From assembly GCA_030141605.1 (NCBI GenBank), contig JAQGDQ010000160.1, positions 1 to 64,000 of the forward strand: a DNA stretch of 64,000 nt, in the 5' to 3' direction. The position numbers and the translations under genes are program-made. Under the pieces are notes generated by a model. It worked only from the letters and a program-made list of their open reading frames with translations, was not told the origin of the DNA and made no database searches. Below are positions 42,401 to 55,167 of the stretch, one piece after another (the stretch's first letter is position 1; every line of letters starts with the position of its first letter). Source of the DNA: Tubiluchus corallicola. Lineage: Eukaryota; Animalia; Priapulida.

Positions 42401-45400
42401 TACAGAACCATATACCTGAAAAAAATATTAATATAAGTTCATGATATCAAGATGTATAACTATTTAATAAAATAGGTAAACAAAACACATGGATGAACAA
42501 AAGCGACTTTTTATTGTATCTGTTGCATCAAGTCACACAAACAAACAAATTCATTCTGTAAAGTCGACATACTAAATATAAAACAGTATAAAAAAATAAA
42601 CACTATCACATAAAACAACAACACAGTAAAAATTCCATCATTTTCATAGGATAGCTACAGTAAATCTCACTAAATCATACATCGTATATAAAATTATACA
42701 AGCCTAATAGCATTTTTTTAAATTACACTTTTTATAGTATACAAAGATACACAAATGGGTTATATTCCAAATAACAAACAATAGACAGCATTTTTGAAAG
42801 TATTAGAACACTATTTAAATACATGTCAGACACTTACAAAAACTCAATTTACCAAATTTTTATGCATAAAATTTACAGCAAATTTTTAGTTATCTAGCTA
42901 GAAGAATTCCAAACTTTCATTAATAATACAAATTCCAAATTTTTTAAAAATACACTTAATCACGCAGATATATTCAGGTATCTCTGCTTACTGTATTTCT
43001 ATCTTAAAAACAGCTATGTTCTTTGTTTCGTTGGAAGGTAGCATGTACAGTTTCTCTAACATCTGATAAAAGTAAAGCCTAGATTTAACAGTAGTAAATA
43101 ATGTGCTGGCACTTTGAAATAAAATCAAACGGTGCGTTCAGACTAGAGAGTTCTTGCAGTGAATAAAGGCTGCCTGCAAGAAACACGCGAGGGAACTCAG
43201 CAACTCTCGGAGAGTTTGCAATAACTTGCAGAGAGAACTTGCAAAGCTGTCCACACCTGCAATTGTCACTATTAACCTTTTTAACTATGATTATTTTAAT
43301 GCTTACACTATTTACATAAACATTGGAAAGTTATACTACTGGACTGTAATTGGAAACCAAATGTTTCCAAATTTTATATGAAACACCACAGAAGGTATAC
43401 ATACAGACAAATGATTCCCATATCAATGATGATAAAGATGACAGTTCAATAAATATGTACAGGCACATGTGATGTTTCTGGTGCTTTTGTCACCAACTAC
43501 TACAATGGACAAAAAGCCAGATACGTAAAATAAGTCTGCTTTACTTATTTGTAAACAACCGTTTCAATCCCAAGATGAAGAAAATGCGCTAATCAGTAGA
43601 AATTCTAGAACACCCATGGAGCCTACACAATTTGGAAATTTTCTCGGCATTCACTAATGCAAACACCAACTGCAGACAAATATACTTGCTTCGAAACTAA
43701 CAGATTTTGCAGGGGAAGATTCCTTAAAAACACTGAAAAGGATGACAATGCCTATAGATGGCTCAGAGGCAAGCTTTAAAAATCTGAAGCCAAGCAGCCC
43801 ACTGTCATTTCCAATGTTATCTTGGAAAATTTCCTGCAACTGACAATGCTTAGCGACGCCAAAACATAAATAAGGGACCTCTGACAGCCGAAAGCTTCAA
43901 TTAATATAGGTTTTACAAGTCAAATGTAGACCTACGTTAAGTCAAATGTAGATTTAGGTAACTCAAATGTGTCTTGGTAACTCAAATGTGGATAGGTGTT
44001 AAAGTTTAAGGATGTTAAATTTAATCTCCTTTAATCTTAATTTAATAATTGCTGTGAAAATACCTTTATAGGTCTACTAATAGTTCACTAATATTTTACA
44101 AACTTTACATGCCATTGGAACTGTTTGAGAAAACAATACATTCTTAAAATAAACAATGTTTCTTGAGGGAAACCAATTCATTAATGCAGTGCTAATGCAT
44201 TACTTAAAAAACTAATTAGTGATTCACTGTTCATTGGGAAGTGAGAACCGATTTACTCTTTTCTGCCGACATTATGGTTTATCAAAGAATTTAGTTTGAG
44301 GATAAACAGCGCATTTTTCAAAGTTATGAAAGAGGTGATGATTGCTTACATCTTGCATGGCAACTTGGTATAAAAAAATCAACTGCGTGGGCTATTATTA
44401 AGAGAGCACTGGAGGGTGGAATTGCCAAACCACGTGGCGGCTTCAGAAGAAAGCTCGTCGATGAAGAAATGGGAGACTATGCTGTTAATCTTATAGAGAC
44501 TCATCCAGAATTTACACTAGAGCAAATCATTGCGTCTATGCGCCGAGACATGCCTGAGAAACAACGCATATCCCGTTCAATGTTAGCTAATGTGTTAAAA
44601 GGGCGCCTGATTGTAATGAAAAAGTTAGAAGACGCTGTAGCAGATAGAAATAGTGAAAGAGTGAAGCACGAACGCTTTCTTTATGCACACTGGTTGATGG
44701 AGAGGTTTGCCATGTGAAATTATATTCATTGACGAAGCGGGCATAAACCTGTGGATAAAGAGAACGAGAGGAAGGGCAATACAGGGTCAAAGAGCCGTGC
44801 GAGTTGTGGCTGGTCGTCGCGGAGGCAATCTTACAATGACTTTTGCAGTAAGCAATACAAACGGCCTGATATATCATTCCTTAACAGAAGGTGGAATGAA
44901 CAGAGAACGTTTTAATGCATTTCTTCAAGACGCAACAGATAACCTGCATGACGATGGTCGGGAAATTTTTTTCGTTTTTGACAATGCACCTGCTCACAGG
45001 GGAGCAGCCTTGCCGCCAGATTTGCGCCTACGAATTCAAATTAAGAGGCTTCCTCCTTATTCTCCCTTTTTAAATATTGTCGAGAACGTATTCAGTCAGT
45101 GGAAGGCTGAAATGAAGCGTCTTCTTGCAGATATTAGAGAAAATCTTCTAGTGCAAAATCACGGTCAGAGAATGGCAACATTAGCTCAGTTAGCAGAACA
45201 GTCTGTTAATATCATAACGCCCGCAGATGCAGCCAATTATTTTCGGCATATGCAGCAGTATGTACCACGCTGCTTAACCTACGATGATATTCTGATGTAA
45301 ATCTTGTTCATATCAAACTTCTGTGCATGTTTGTTGTTTAATTATTATTTATGAGTCAGCGGTACTATATATTTAAAATGCTGGTCTTGAGCATTGATTA

Positions 45401-48400
45401 CACGTTTAATTTTGCAGATTTCATTCATTATTCAAAAAAATGATTTTGTAAAACGTTAACAAATAAAATGTAGAATGGTGTTTATATTTGTAATTGTATA
45501 ATTGTTAACTTATTTATGTACAACGCTTTTGAGTGTTCTTATCAAATAAACAATTTCTTTACATATGAAAAACTGATGCTGCCGATAGCACCATGACCAT
45601 AAACAATAATTTTAATTTGCTTTATCTTTTTGTAATTTTGCACTTAAATAAGTTAATTATCGATTTATTCAAAGTTATGCATCTACATTTGACTTACCTA
45701 AGTCACATTTGAGTTACCAAAACACAATCGAAATCCTATGTCTCCATTTGACTTACCTAAGTCACATTTGAGTTACCAAAACACATTCGAAATTCCTATG
45801 TCTACATTTGACTTACGTAAGTCACATTTGAACTTTCCTGTGTCTACATTTGACGTGTAAAACCTATACAATATGAAAACAACTCCAAACACATTCAGAA
45901 TTCGTTAAGCATATCGATTGGCATTCAAATCATTAGGAGTAATCATCATACAATGTGTTAAACTGCCTTATATAGATATTTTATCACAATAAATATAAAT
46001 CATAAAACACTACATTCAAGGCAAAAGTACTATCTTGACCCGTCTTACAATGACAAAATGAAGTATCACTGTGATCAAAATGAAATAAGTATTGCCATAA
46101 AGATTTATGCTGACTATGTGTTAAAAATTTTCAAAATGCCATCTGTAAATTTTTATTTACAAAAATAACCTTATAGTTCAATGCAGGAAACTTATATTCA
46201 CAAATCATTCATCTTTGTATCATTCATTGATTCAAAGCCATTGATAAACTCTTGCACAGGATGATTGACTCATATTTTTATCAAGAAAACTGATGTTCCT
46301 AACTTCAATCTTTAGCTAGACAGGTTTAGGTTGTTGGCATTAAACTTTTCAGGATGGGATTGAATCCAGCTGTACTGAGCATCCATAAACTTTGGGTTAA
46401 TACAAAAAGTAATTTTCGATACCTAAACCTTAATGTCTTCACATCACTTCAAATCACAAAGTCAGTGATTAAAGTCAGTAAGCATTCCGTTTCATGGCAT
46501 TAGTCACTCAAGCATAAAGGAAAGTGTGGAAGTACATGCAAAATAATGCAGAAACTGATTTATTTTTCATTTGTTGAAGTACATGTACTTTGATCCTCAT
46601 AAGGCTAGCAACGGTCTGCGAAATAATCTAGTTTGAAAAAGAGTTCCAGTATTGTTAAAAGGAAGCTCCTGAAGTAGATCTGAAGGCCAAAGAGCAAGAG
46701 AGTTGAGCGACCAGGACTAGCCCAGCCGAACAAAGAAGTTGGAAGGCATCAGTTTTTGATGACAACCACTCTTTTTGGTCAGTGGCAGAAGAGTAAATGA
46801 TTACTACTAAACATGTTTGCTATTTTTCAGACAAACAGCTATGAAAAATGTCACATCGTCAGGAAGTTTCTGGAATTGTTTTAACTGTGCTTGTGTGGTA
46901 TCATGTCTTTGACTTTGAATGGACCATGAATTTTAACAAATTACGAGCAGATAAAAGGTATGCAGGTTTTTCCAGGACTTTGTTCATTGCTCCAAGTCAA
47001 AAATGACAATTTAAGGCAAGTAAATAAAATAAGTGTAAGACAGTCTGTGGTTTAACATTAGATCTCACTAAGGTAACTAAAAAAGTGGAATCTGTAATTC
47101 AGCTGTGGCACCATGAAACAAGGGGACAAATTGGAGTGCCTCTCCTATCAATAGGAGCAACACTTACTTGCAGGAGCAAAAATTTGTGAATAGCTTAAAA
47201 CTTCATGGCAACAAAGCAAGTCATTTTAAGAATGTTCTTAATGAAAAAGATAGACTTTTTCAAAGAAAGTTCAAGAGGCAATAAACAACAAACTCAGATA
47301 TTATTGAAACTAATGATGCCCAGAGTGCAGAAGGCAATGGCCATTTATATTAGTAATTACTTTCGTTTAATGTTTGAGTCAATTAATACATGTACAAGTT
47401 TATAGTTACTTCCAGAATTTCTGATAAAATGAGTTGCTAAATACTGAAATGACTGCAAACCTTTCTGGTCACTATGACCACCAGCCTAGTGAAACTCATA
47501 TAACAAAATCTTCAACTGCCTATTCCATTATTTTCTGCATTATAAATATTAGAGCAGTAACACAGTATCCTAATGATATACAGAGTGCAACACAATGACC
47601 AGCAGAAAATAAATTTACATCAGATTGCTAAAAACACATGAGTAACTATACTTTTTTATACAAATTTTAGACTAGTATACTACTTGTATAAAGAATGTTA
47701 GTTCACAATGATATCATTATCTCATGTATGGCACAACATAGCCATTATAGGTAGACCTCTCTTACAATAATGATATGGTTTTTAATGTAGGTATTTTCAG
47801 TCACTTAGATACCACACAGCTTCCCCAGTAGCCAAGTGCAAATACATCCAACAGCTGTCAATTCTCGTTGTCAAAAATTTAGTCATTTAGGTCCTTTTGG
47901 GAAGACCAGAATGTAGTTGATTTTATATGACAACCAATTAAGTATTTTTATTTCATACAATTATGTTTACATAGTTTAAAATTTAAAGAATGAATTAGTT
48001 TCAGAACTTAAAAGCTTCCAAGACAGTTTTACTACGCCACAAATTTCCCAGCCACAGTAACTTACTGCCAAGAAGCAATAATAGGGCCTACAGTCCAAAA
48101 AATTAATGTCTTCCCAAGTATGTAAAATTTGCGTTATGTTACTATAATTTCATTAGCAGACAACGGTAACTTGAAACAATTTTATGAGCAGTGGCTGATT
48201 TTAACAAATTAGGTACTAAAACATGCATAACACAAAAGCAATATCAAACAATAAGAAATATTTTCATATATACTGGCAGTATTTACCAATGACTACTAAT
48301 AAAAGATAAAGTGTGTACAAACAAACTGAGATGATCCACAGGTCTGATTGTACGTTTTACATAATTTTCTACTGTAAAAACTTTTACTTAAAAAGGTGAA

Positions 48401-50836
48401 AATACTTCTTCCTTTTAGTTGACAGAAAAATAATCGAAAATTGAGCTGCTTAAAATTAATAATCAAATCCAAACGAAAATATATTCACTCATTCAGATAC
48501 AAACTTATTTGTAAATTACTATTCTTAGGTTTATTAAATAAATATACTAAAATAAATATTGAACAAGTACAAAATATAAAGCTTTTAAGTTAGTCGTTTC
48601 TTCGCATTCATTCAGCTTCCCGGCAGTTCAATTTAGCTGAGAACTTCTGCAGTCACAAACTGTAGAAAAACTTCAATCACCAGTAGAAAAGTCTTCAAGT
48701 TGTATGTTTAAAAAGTCAGGAAAAGATTTCCGCTACTGACGAACATTCGTGAATGTCTTTTATGTTCACTAGCACGAAAACCGGAGAGCTTTGCACACAC
48801 GTGAATCATAATATAAGCATTATGTAGGAAACCACTACTGTACTATTAATGATTAACAAATAACAGAAATAAATGTATATTATAAGTATGAAATTGATGC
48901 TCACGCATCTTAACTAGAAGTCAAGAGAAGACAAAATAAGGTGCCAATAAGAACGACTGTATGTGGTGCGTATGCACAAAGTGTTATGTAACAAAAATAA
49001 GTCAATGTACTATTACAATAATTAATATCAATATTAGTATACCTCTTTACTGAGCAACTAAAATTTTTGGTTCAACTTAGAAATTAGGCAAAAAACCAAT
49101 GTAAACAGTAGAAAGAATGTAAGGAATTATGTTTTCTTAATAATTAATTGGAACTCACTCTTTAAGCACACTGACACAAACACAAATAATATCACATAAA
49201 AGATAATACTGACAAATGCATCACACTTTAAAAACCTGAAGATTAAACAAAGCGAGTAGATAATACGTGCAAACACAGATACTGCGTTTTTAAGTCAATA
49301 TGCACGTACTTATATCATATGTAATATATGTAAATCAACAACCACTACAATAACAACAAAGAAAACTCAAGTTAAAAGTAATAATGGCAATATTGTGTGG
49401 TATATGATGTTATCATATATGTATCACGGGTTCCGCACTGACAAATTTTAATGAACATCATAACACTAATAAACAACCGTCACTTTTCTATGACATAAGC
49501 AAAAATAGTTTGGCAAGAGTAGATCAACAAATAAATAAAAAAACCATGTGTTTACCGGTCTGAAGTCACTCAACGATGGGCTGTCTCTCTTGTCCCTGCA
49601 AAGAAATGACAATAGCCTGTAAGAACACAACATTTACACTAAAGAATGCTTGTTTATTTCACTAGAATTCAGTTTAAGCATAACAAATTACAATTTAAAA
49701 CAAAATATTGAAATCAAATAGGTGTGCACAAGGACCTTATAGGAATTAGCGTACCACACCATAAAAATCATCCAACCTTACCATTTCAGTGTAGCAGAAT
49801 CACACAAAATACCCACAGAATTAAATGAATTCGGGTGACAAGGTTATCTGTTAATCATTTTTTTATAATGATATGAACAACAGTAAGTAAAATCGAGGTT
49901 AAAATCACTAAAATAAAAACATGCATTACAAATCAGTAGAGACCATAAAATGCAACTTAAAACAATTTAATGCCAACTATGTCACAAGACAGCATCTTTT
50001 CGTATATTATCCCAACAAAAATATGAACTTATAATGCTTCATTCTTCTTGTCTTCATGATATGGGTAGTTATACTACAATATGCACCAAAATTGTTTAAA
50101 ATGCTGCAGTTACCATCTACTGAAATTATCACTGACCTAACAGAAGTTGGTGTACCATTCGCATCTTACGCATAACCACCAACAGATAAAATTCTAATGC
50201 CTTAACAATAGACACAAATCACTCTGCCTAATTTTTAAAGACTCATGACGTTAACTGTCCATCATACATACCATGGTCCCTTTGACAATGGCTTCACTAC
50301 GGGGACTCTCGCTACAGTCACAGACGCATTTTTTGGTATCAAATCAGAATCATCTTTATATTCTGAAAACATAAAAATCAAATGTTTCAAAACCCATAGG
50401 TGAAAAATAATTCAAATGCGATTAAATAGAAGAGATGCAGAAGAAAGTTTGAAGACTATACATTACACAAAATTTTAAAAATAAAAGCTATATAAGTATT
50501 TTATAAGAAACTTTGCAGAAATTATTAATGGCTATAAAGCCTGATCAGTGCATTAAATATTAGACCCTGCTGATATTAAAGTGCTAGATAACAGCTTGCA
50601 GAAAAAGCAAAATTCTTGCAAAATGCCACTTAAACTTAAAGGACTCATAAGCTCAGCAAGTACATACCTTGTTTAGTCTGTGCATTTGTAATCTGCAGAT
50701 CATAGTCTGCAGACTTGCCCATGTGTTTCTGGGCCATTATCTCTTTCTTTAAGTCCCCGAGTGAAATGTGTAATCCATCAAACGTGACTGTATCATACTG
50801 CAAGTTTGACTTGAACTTGTAATGGACACTGGACAT
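22626..50836 (-). CDS. RBBP6: E3 ubiquitin-protein ligase RBBP6 (DWNN, zinc knuckle, RING, Pro-rich, RS and charged tail), 15 coding exons, about 2359 aa
   Basis: Exons (minus): 50836-50668 (MSSVHYKFKS..LQITNAQTKQ), 50362-50272 (EYKDDSDLIPKNASVTVARVP), 49595-49556, 37752-37708 (..VSFRQLTE), 36962-36874 (TADL..ASEQDKIQAMM), 36608-36494 (CYKCLQAGHWIWNC), 35314-35169 (IKRSSGIPRSFM), 34922-34747 (IGKKERPPF..CVFCKDLLTDAVVIPCCGNSFCDEC), 33166-32953 (CPSC), 32590-32449, 32187-32154, 30869-30815, 29887-29151, 28622-28436 (PLSEEEFYREQKRLK), 27465-22626. All introns are GT-AG, the phases are compatible, and the sum of 7080 nt is divisible by 3. Confidence 0.95.
27567..28233. mobile_element. non-autonomous hAT (Ac/Tol2-like) MITE, 667 bp, in the last RBBP6 intron
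   Basis: TIR TAGGGATGTTAA / TTAATATCCCTA; 8-bp TSD GATACTGT (27559-27566) vs GATATTGT (28234-28241); multiple subterminal CGATA repeats. Confidence 0.85.
30200..30578. repeat. direct repeat copy 1 (about 375 bp), homologous to 31742-32110
   Basis: Colinear shared blocks such as cattatgacaa-agaagca, catcatgaatctatattc, agagcaaaatg-agtgaaaa and tcttcaggtttcattaaatta. Confidence 0.9.
30955..31214. mobile_element. foldback / long inverted repeat element (about 80-bp arms)
   Basis: ccagatatatcacataatgt...gggtgttttctagaaacattggcacgcccat is the imperfect reverse complement of atgggcttgcaaatgtttctagaaaataccc...acattatgcgatatatctgg. Confidence 0.8.
31742..32110. repeat. direct repeat copy 2, homologous to 30200-30578
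   Basis: The same colinear blocks as copy 1, in the same orientation, in the adjacent intron. Confidence 0.9.
35657..36291. mobile_element. non-autonomous hAT-type MITE, 635 bp, in an RBBP6 intron
   Basis: TIR CAGGTATGACCGGA / TCCGATCATGCCTG; 8-bp TSD GTAAGTAC (35649-35656) vs ATAAGTAC (36292-36299); subterminal ATCCG/ATCTG repeats. Confidence 0.85.
37200..37226. repeat. (TTA)n microsatellite
   Basis: ttattattattattattatta read directly. Confidence 0.8.
39206..39522. mobile_element. possible degenerate PIF/Harbinger-like MITE
   Basis: agcctgTTCACACAGAA ... TTCTGTGTGAAtatgtt has an 11-bp perfect inverted core with a TTCACAC motif typical of Harbinger ends. The termini are decayed. Confidence 0.35.
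43905..45868 (+). mobile_element. IS630-Tc1-mariner DNA transposon (about 1.96 kb), antisense within RBBP6 intron 3
   Basis: Inverted termini TATAGGTTTTACAAGTCAAATGTAGAC / GTCTACATTTGACGTGTAAAACCTATA with a TA target duplication; repeated TCAAATGT motifs in both subterminal regions; internal DDE transposase. Confidence 0.95.
44274..45300 (+). pseudogene. disrupted Tc1/IS630-type DDE transposase
   Basis: ATG 44274 reads MVYQRI*FEDKQRI..LAWQLGIKKSTAWAII (HTH)..PRGG with an in-frame TAG at 44292-44294. A frameshift at ~44703 leads into FIDEAG..FVFDNAPAH..LPPYSPFLNIVE. Confidence 0.92.
48633..48659 (-). CDS. RBBP6: candidate alternative terminal exon of RBBP6 (DWNN-only isoform)
   Basis: Acceptor tttttctacag| followed by TTT GTG ACT GCA GAA GTT CTC AGC TAA (FVTAEVLS*), in phase with exon 3. 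AATAAA at 48535-48530. Confidence 0.4.
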   Translation of the reverse strand, partial: FVTAEVLS

Positions 50837-52526
50837 CTTGAAGATTACTGCTCTCCTCCCACAAAGATTCTTGTCGAGGTCACAAATGCCAGCACTCCCA
50901 GTCGGACACTAAATGGGTTGAAATTGTAATCTGAAAAAAAATTATTTTGATTTAACTGAACATACAAATTGAGTACAAACTCCAATTTTTTATTACAAGC
51001 TTGTTGTTCAACACAAATCATGAAAATGGATGCCAACATTTCTTCCAGTCATAAGTTAAAAAAATATCTGTACAAGCTGTTACCATGCGGTTAAAACAAC
51101 TTGGACAATAAATTGACATTTTTCTGTCTTAACACGCAAGCTGAGTTTTTTTACATTCAAGCTGCTGCCAAATTGTGAGCATTGTTTTGTTGCAACTAAT
51201 CTGGTATCTTACTACAATGCAGAAAATGAATGATTTTACTTGCTATATCTTTGAACTTGAAGCATGTCTGCATGCCTTTCATAGCAAAGCATTCTGTGAA
51301 GTTAGGCTTATTTCAATATTTGTGAAAAATGTTAGAAAGTTAACCCAATTCATGCAAAAATATCAAAATTCGTTCTTATTTTTTGTAAAAATTTATTACA
51401 GCTTTAATGTAAATGGACAACTGGTGTGCTGCTGCAGTCAATGAAAGATGTCATTGGTGGAGGTATGGTTGTTCAAAATGGGAGCACCAAAATGTGAAAT
51501 GATCGCAAGTGATTTTACTAATTACACGTAGCATTTATAACACTTATATAACTAAATCCTTCTAACATTTTTTGCAAATATTAATATTTAACTTAATTTG
51601 TAAGAAGGCTTAGCCTTTCCTTTAAGGTCAGGTGTCCCATAATGCAACTATGCTTCACTCATAATAGGGCTGCCTGTGGCCAAATGTGTGCTAGTTTGGT
51701 GTTAGACGTACCTTCTGTCAGACATCTTTCTGTTACACCATTATCACCTAATGTCACCTAATGTATCCAAGTGTATGTGTTGCACACATGAAGTATGCAT
51801 TATATTTTAAACTGTATGTACTGTGACCCAATCGTACTCCTGTGATAAGAATAGTTTTGATTTTCTGTGTGAGACATGCCACAATCATAGTCACATTTTT
51901 AATGAGCGTACACAAGAAAGAATATCCAGGGCAACACTTCACCAAAAAGTTTATACACTTAAGGAACCAACAGGTACAATGATCTCTTACATTTTTTACT
52001 ACAAAATGTTTTTTCTTATAACCAATGCAGGCTTACATAGTCACTATAATGACAAGTTCATTATTGAGTTTAACTTTTTTGATTACTTTTATTTAATTTG
52101 CTTTAGTTTAACACATACGCACACTTGTGAAAAAAACCTAGCTTACAAAACCCCCAATTTTTATTTAGTTTTTGCACAAACACGTAAGACACCAAAAAAA
52201 TGTACGTCCGACACCAAACAAAAATCAAAGTGAATAACTAGCTTCAACTTAATCACGTTTTCTGCGTGGGTCCAACACCATGATATTTTATCAAATTATT
52301 TCACAAATTACAAACACCAAGAGGCTAATATAGCTTGAATTTATAGAGGGGACCGCTTTTTGCATATAAGACCTACAATTATTTAATAATCATTATATAT
52401 AGAAACAGCCAGTAAAGAATCAGCGCCCAAAATGTACATCAGACACCGTGGAATTGCCCAGAAAGAGTCTTAGTAATTTAAATGTTCGGGTCAATTAGCA
52501 AAACGTAACTAGTTCAGCATCCTAAT

Positions 52527-52760
52527 GCTTACCAAAAAAGTGAAAAAACGACACTGATTCACCAAAAACATTCTTATTGACAAGACAAAGTAATTTATAC
52601 TGTTGCTTAGTTAATAAAGCACACATTACAAGTGCTTTATTTTTTCAGACTTTATGCAGTGTTATACGAACTTGCTGATGCTACTTCAATTTCTTACTCA
52701 ACATCTGACCGCTAAAATGGCTGCACCTAATTGCGGGAGTTAAAACTCGCACAGCACTAC
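52527..52760 (-). promoter_or_regulatory. candidate RBBP6 promoter / non-coding first exon
   Basis: YY1-type GCAGCCATTTT (minus strand, 52724-52714) followed by donors GTAAGA (52697) and GTAAGC (52532). The RBBP6 ATG exon has an acceptor at 50931, so an upstream exon is implied. Confidence 0.35.
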
Positions 52761-54669
52761 TGATAATACAAGGTCTGCTTGCAGCAAGACAGCATGCAGG
52801 TGATGCAAAATTTCAGGGTGAGTTTTTTCAGTTTTATGTAAAAAATCTGCTTTCTTGCCCTTCAAAGAAAGCATACTAGAAAGAAATTGACACTACACTA
52901 CTCGATTTTGTTTTCATGCACATCACATGTCATCACACTAATGAAAAATAAACCTTTCACATCAGTAAGGTAAATACAAGAATATTTCCTTAAAAATAAG
53001 ATAACAGCAAGATACAAATAAAATTATGTTTAACACCTAACATAACCTATATGGATATGTTAAACAAATCCATAATGAAAAATTCGTAGCTAAACAAATG
53101 ATTTCGAAAAATTACACGCGGGCAAGCAATTTTCTCAGTTCTAGCACATTAATCAACTAGAATTTACAGCTCTCCTAAATAAACCATAGAAAGCAAAGCA
53201 TCTTCATTCATTAGAGATGTGAAGCCACTAGTTTTGTGCCAGATGACATACAAGAAACTTGAAAATAGAAATTGCTTGAGTGATGGTGCAAATACACTTC
53301 AGCCCTATCTGTCAAGAGAAGATGACAAAAACCTTCTAGTTTCTTTTTTGACTTAGGCTGTTGCATTTTCTACAGTTCAATAAAAACAATCAGAAACAGT
53401 GTCAGTAACACGCAAGTTTTGCAAATAAAAGCATCAAACTTAAAAGAAAATTGCCGACTGGTTGTAATCAGTATATAAAACATATATGCAATGCAATTTT
53501 TTCATTCACATTCATGGTATAGTTTTGCTATTCACAGCACTGTCTTAGGTGTACTGTATCTTTTCTAGTCCTAGTTTACTAATGCAAAATTTGTGCTTAT
53601 CTTGCTAAAAAATTCAGTACTGCAAACACAGAAATTTGAATCACAAACACGCAGCGACTTTCAGTTCATGGTTCTATACTCAAATATAAGAACTAATTGT
53701 GTTGCGCTAGTTATACTCATGTAAAATTTTTATTTAATGAATGTGTATTGTGAAGTGTCTTCAAATGAACACAACAATCACTTTATTTTGACTTATGTAG
53801 CAACTGCTGAAGTCCACACACAAAAGCAACAGACAAGAAGCTAAAAATTTAAACCATGTATTTCTCAGCCCTAACAAGTTTTTCAATAGCATTGCAGAAT
53901 TATCAAAAAAAATTTCGAGGTTTGTATTTTATATATTAAAACTATCACAAAAACATCATTAAGGATAGCACTAGATTCGGATACAAACCAACTGTCATTT
54001 TATGATACAATCAACTCAAACGTTACTAAATTATCAAATTTCTGTAACCGCATTATCGTTGGCCATCAAGCAATAAATTTTCTAAAATGACCAAAAGAAT
54101 TTTTTTCTAGCCAGTTACTTTTTATTACTTCAACTAGACAAATTAGCCCTAGATCTAGCTTACAAAATGTTACAATACAGATAAGATAATCAGATAACTA
54201 AAGCTTACTTTAAACAAAGAAACTAAACTTCAATACTGGTGAGTGAGCTCACTTCAAACTGACATTTTGAGAGTGCAACCATACTTTCCTTTTTTGCCAT
54301 CAGTTTCGATATATAATTTTCGGTTAACACCTAAACATCTAGGTGACAAATGAAATCTACAAGTCAAGTTTAAAGAACACAAGCAAACATTTTTTCTTTC
54401 TTCAATGCTATGCTAGGTTCTCACAAATACGTTTTTTGACAATTCAAATTTTTAAAATTTAACAATTTCATTAGAGAATAGAAAATTACACATAAGCAAT
54501 TATAAATAGACTGCTATTTCAGAATTATCAGCATTACGATATCTTTTTATCCTGCTGCGTAGAGTTCAAAAAATAATATCCTTCAAAAAAGAACTTTCAT
54601 TCAAAATCCTTTAAACCGTATTTACAATAATTCATTAACTGATCTTAATAAAATGAAAAGCTGAATGCA

Positions 54670-55167
54670 TTAGACATCATCAACAGGCAATGGTTTCAGT
54701 TTCTTCTTTCGCCGGCTACTCCCAGAAGATCTCGAGCTCGTCTGAACATCTCCAGATTCTATATCAGAAGCAGAACGTGATCCAGCTGAACTAACACCTT
54801 GGACTAATTCTTCTGAAGGACCGGGACCAGTCTGATCTACTGATACTGCATTTTCAAGTGCACGAATTTGCTGTTCTAAAAGTTGGTTTTCCTCTTTAAG
54901 AACTTCAATGTCTTGCTGATGAGTCGTATTTTTACTTTTCATGAGTTCAATATATTCTGTTGCTTTGTTTAAAATTGTTGCTCTAGAAGCACGCTCGGCA
55001 AATGCACCAGGTATAGAATCTCGCAACATGTGAAAACTGTCTTTAATGTGAACACGCCGCTTTCTTTCAAGAGCATTATGATGTGCTCGTTTATCTGATG
55101 AGAACTGTTGGTCAGCTTGATCAGCATCGCTGTATTCTTCAGCGTCATCACTTTCACTGTCACTCAT
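54670..55167 (-). CDS. MAX: MYC-associated factor X (bHLH-Zip), single-exon CDS, 165 aa
   Basis: MSD..acidic N-terminus; [47 protein letters not shown]; C-terminal RRKKKLK NLS. Splice acceptor (tttttccaacttcag|) at 55186, 18 nt upstream of the ATG. Confidence 0.96.
   Translation of the reverse strand: MSDSESDDAEEYSDADQADQQFSSDKRAHHNALERKRRVHIKDSFHMLRDSIPGAFAERASRATILNKATEYIELMKSKNTTHQQDIEVLKEENQLLEQQIRALENAVSVDQTGPGPSEELVQGVSSAGSRSASDIESGDVQTSSRSSGSSRRKKKLKPLPVDDV

Noticed and set aside
43131-43262. Harbinger-like left terminus GGTGCGTTCAGACT with TTGCA repeats
   Set aside because: No matching right TIR or TSD was found in the window.
44690-44720. Programmed ribosomal frameshift in the transposase (as in some IS630)
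   Set aside because: No slippery heptamer at the junction, and an additional nonsense codon lies upstream. Simple decay is more parsimonious.
45680-45860. Regularly spaced repeats resembling a CRISPR array
   Set aside because: The spacers are themselves repeated. They are subterminal repeats of the Tc1-type element in a eukaryotic genome with no cas genes.
37753-49555. Intronic snoRNAs or other structured RNA genes in the long RBBP6 intron
   Set aside because: No convincing C/D or H/ACA box pair with a terminal stem could be identified by eye; an Infernal/Rfam scan would be needed.
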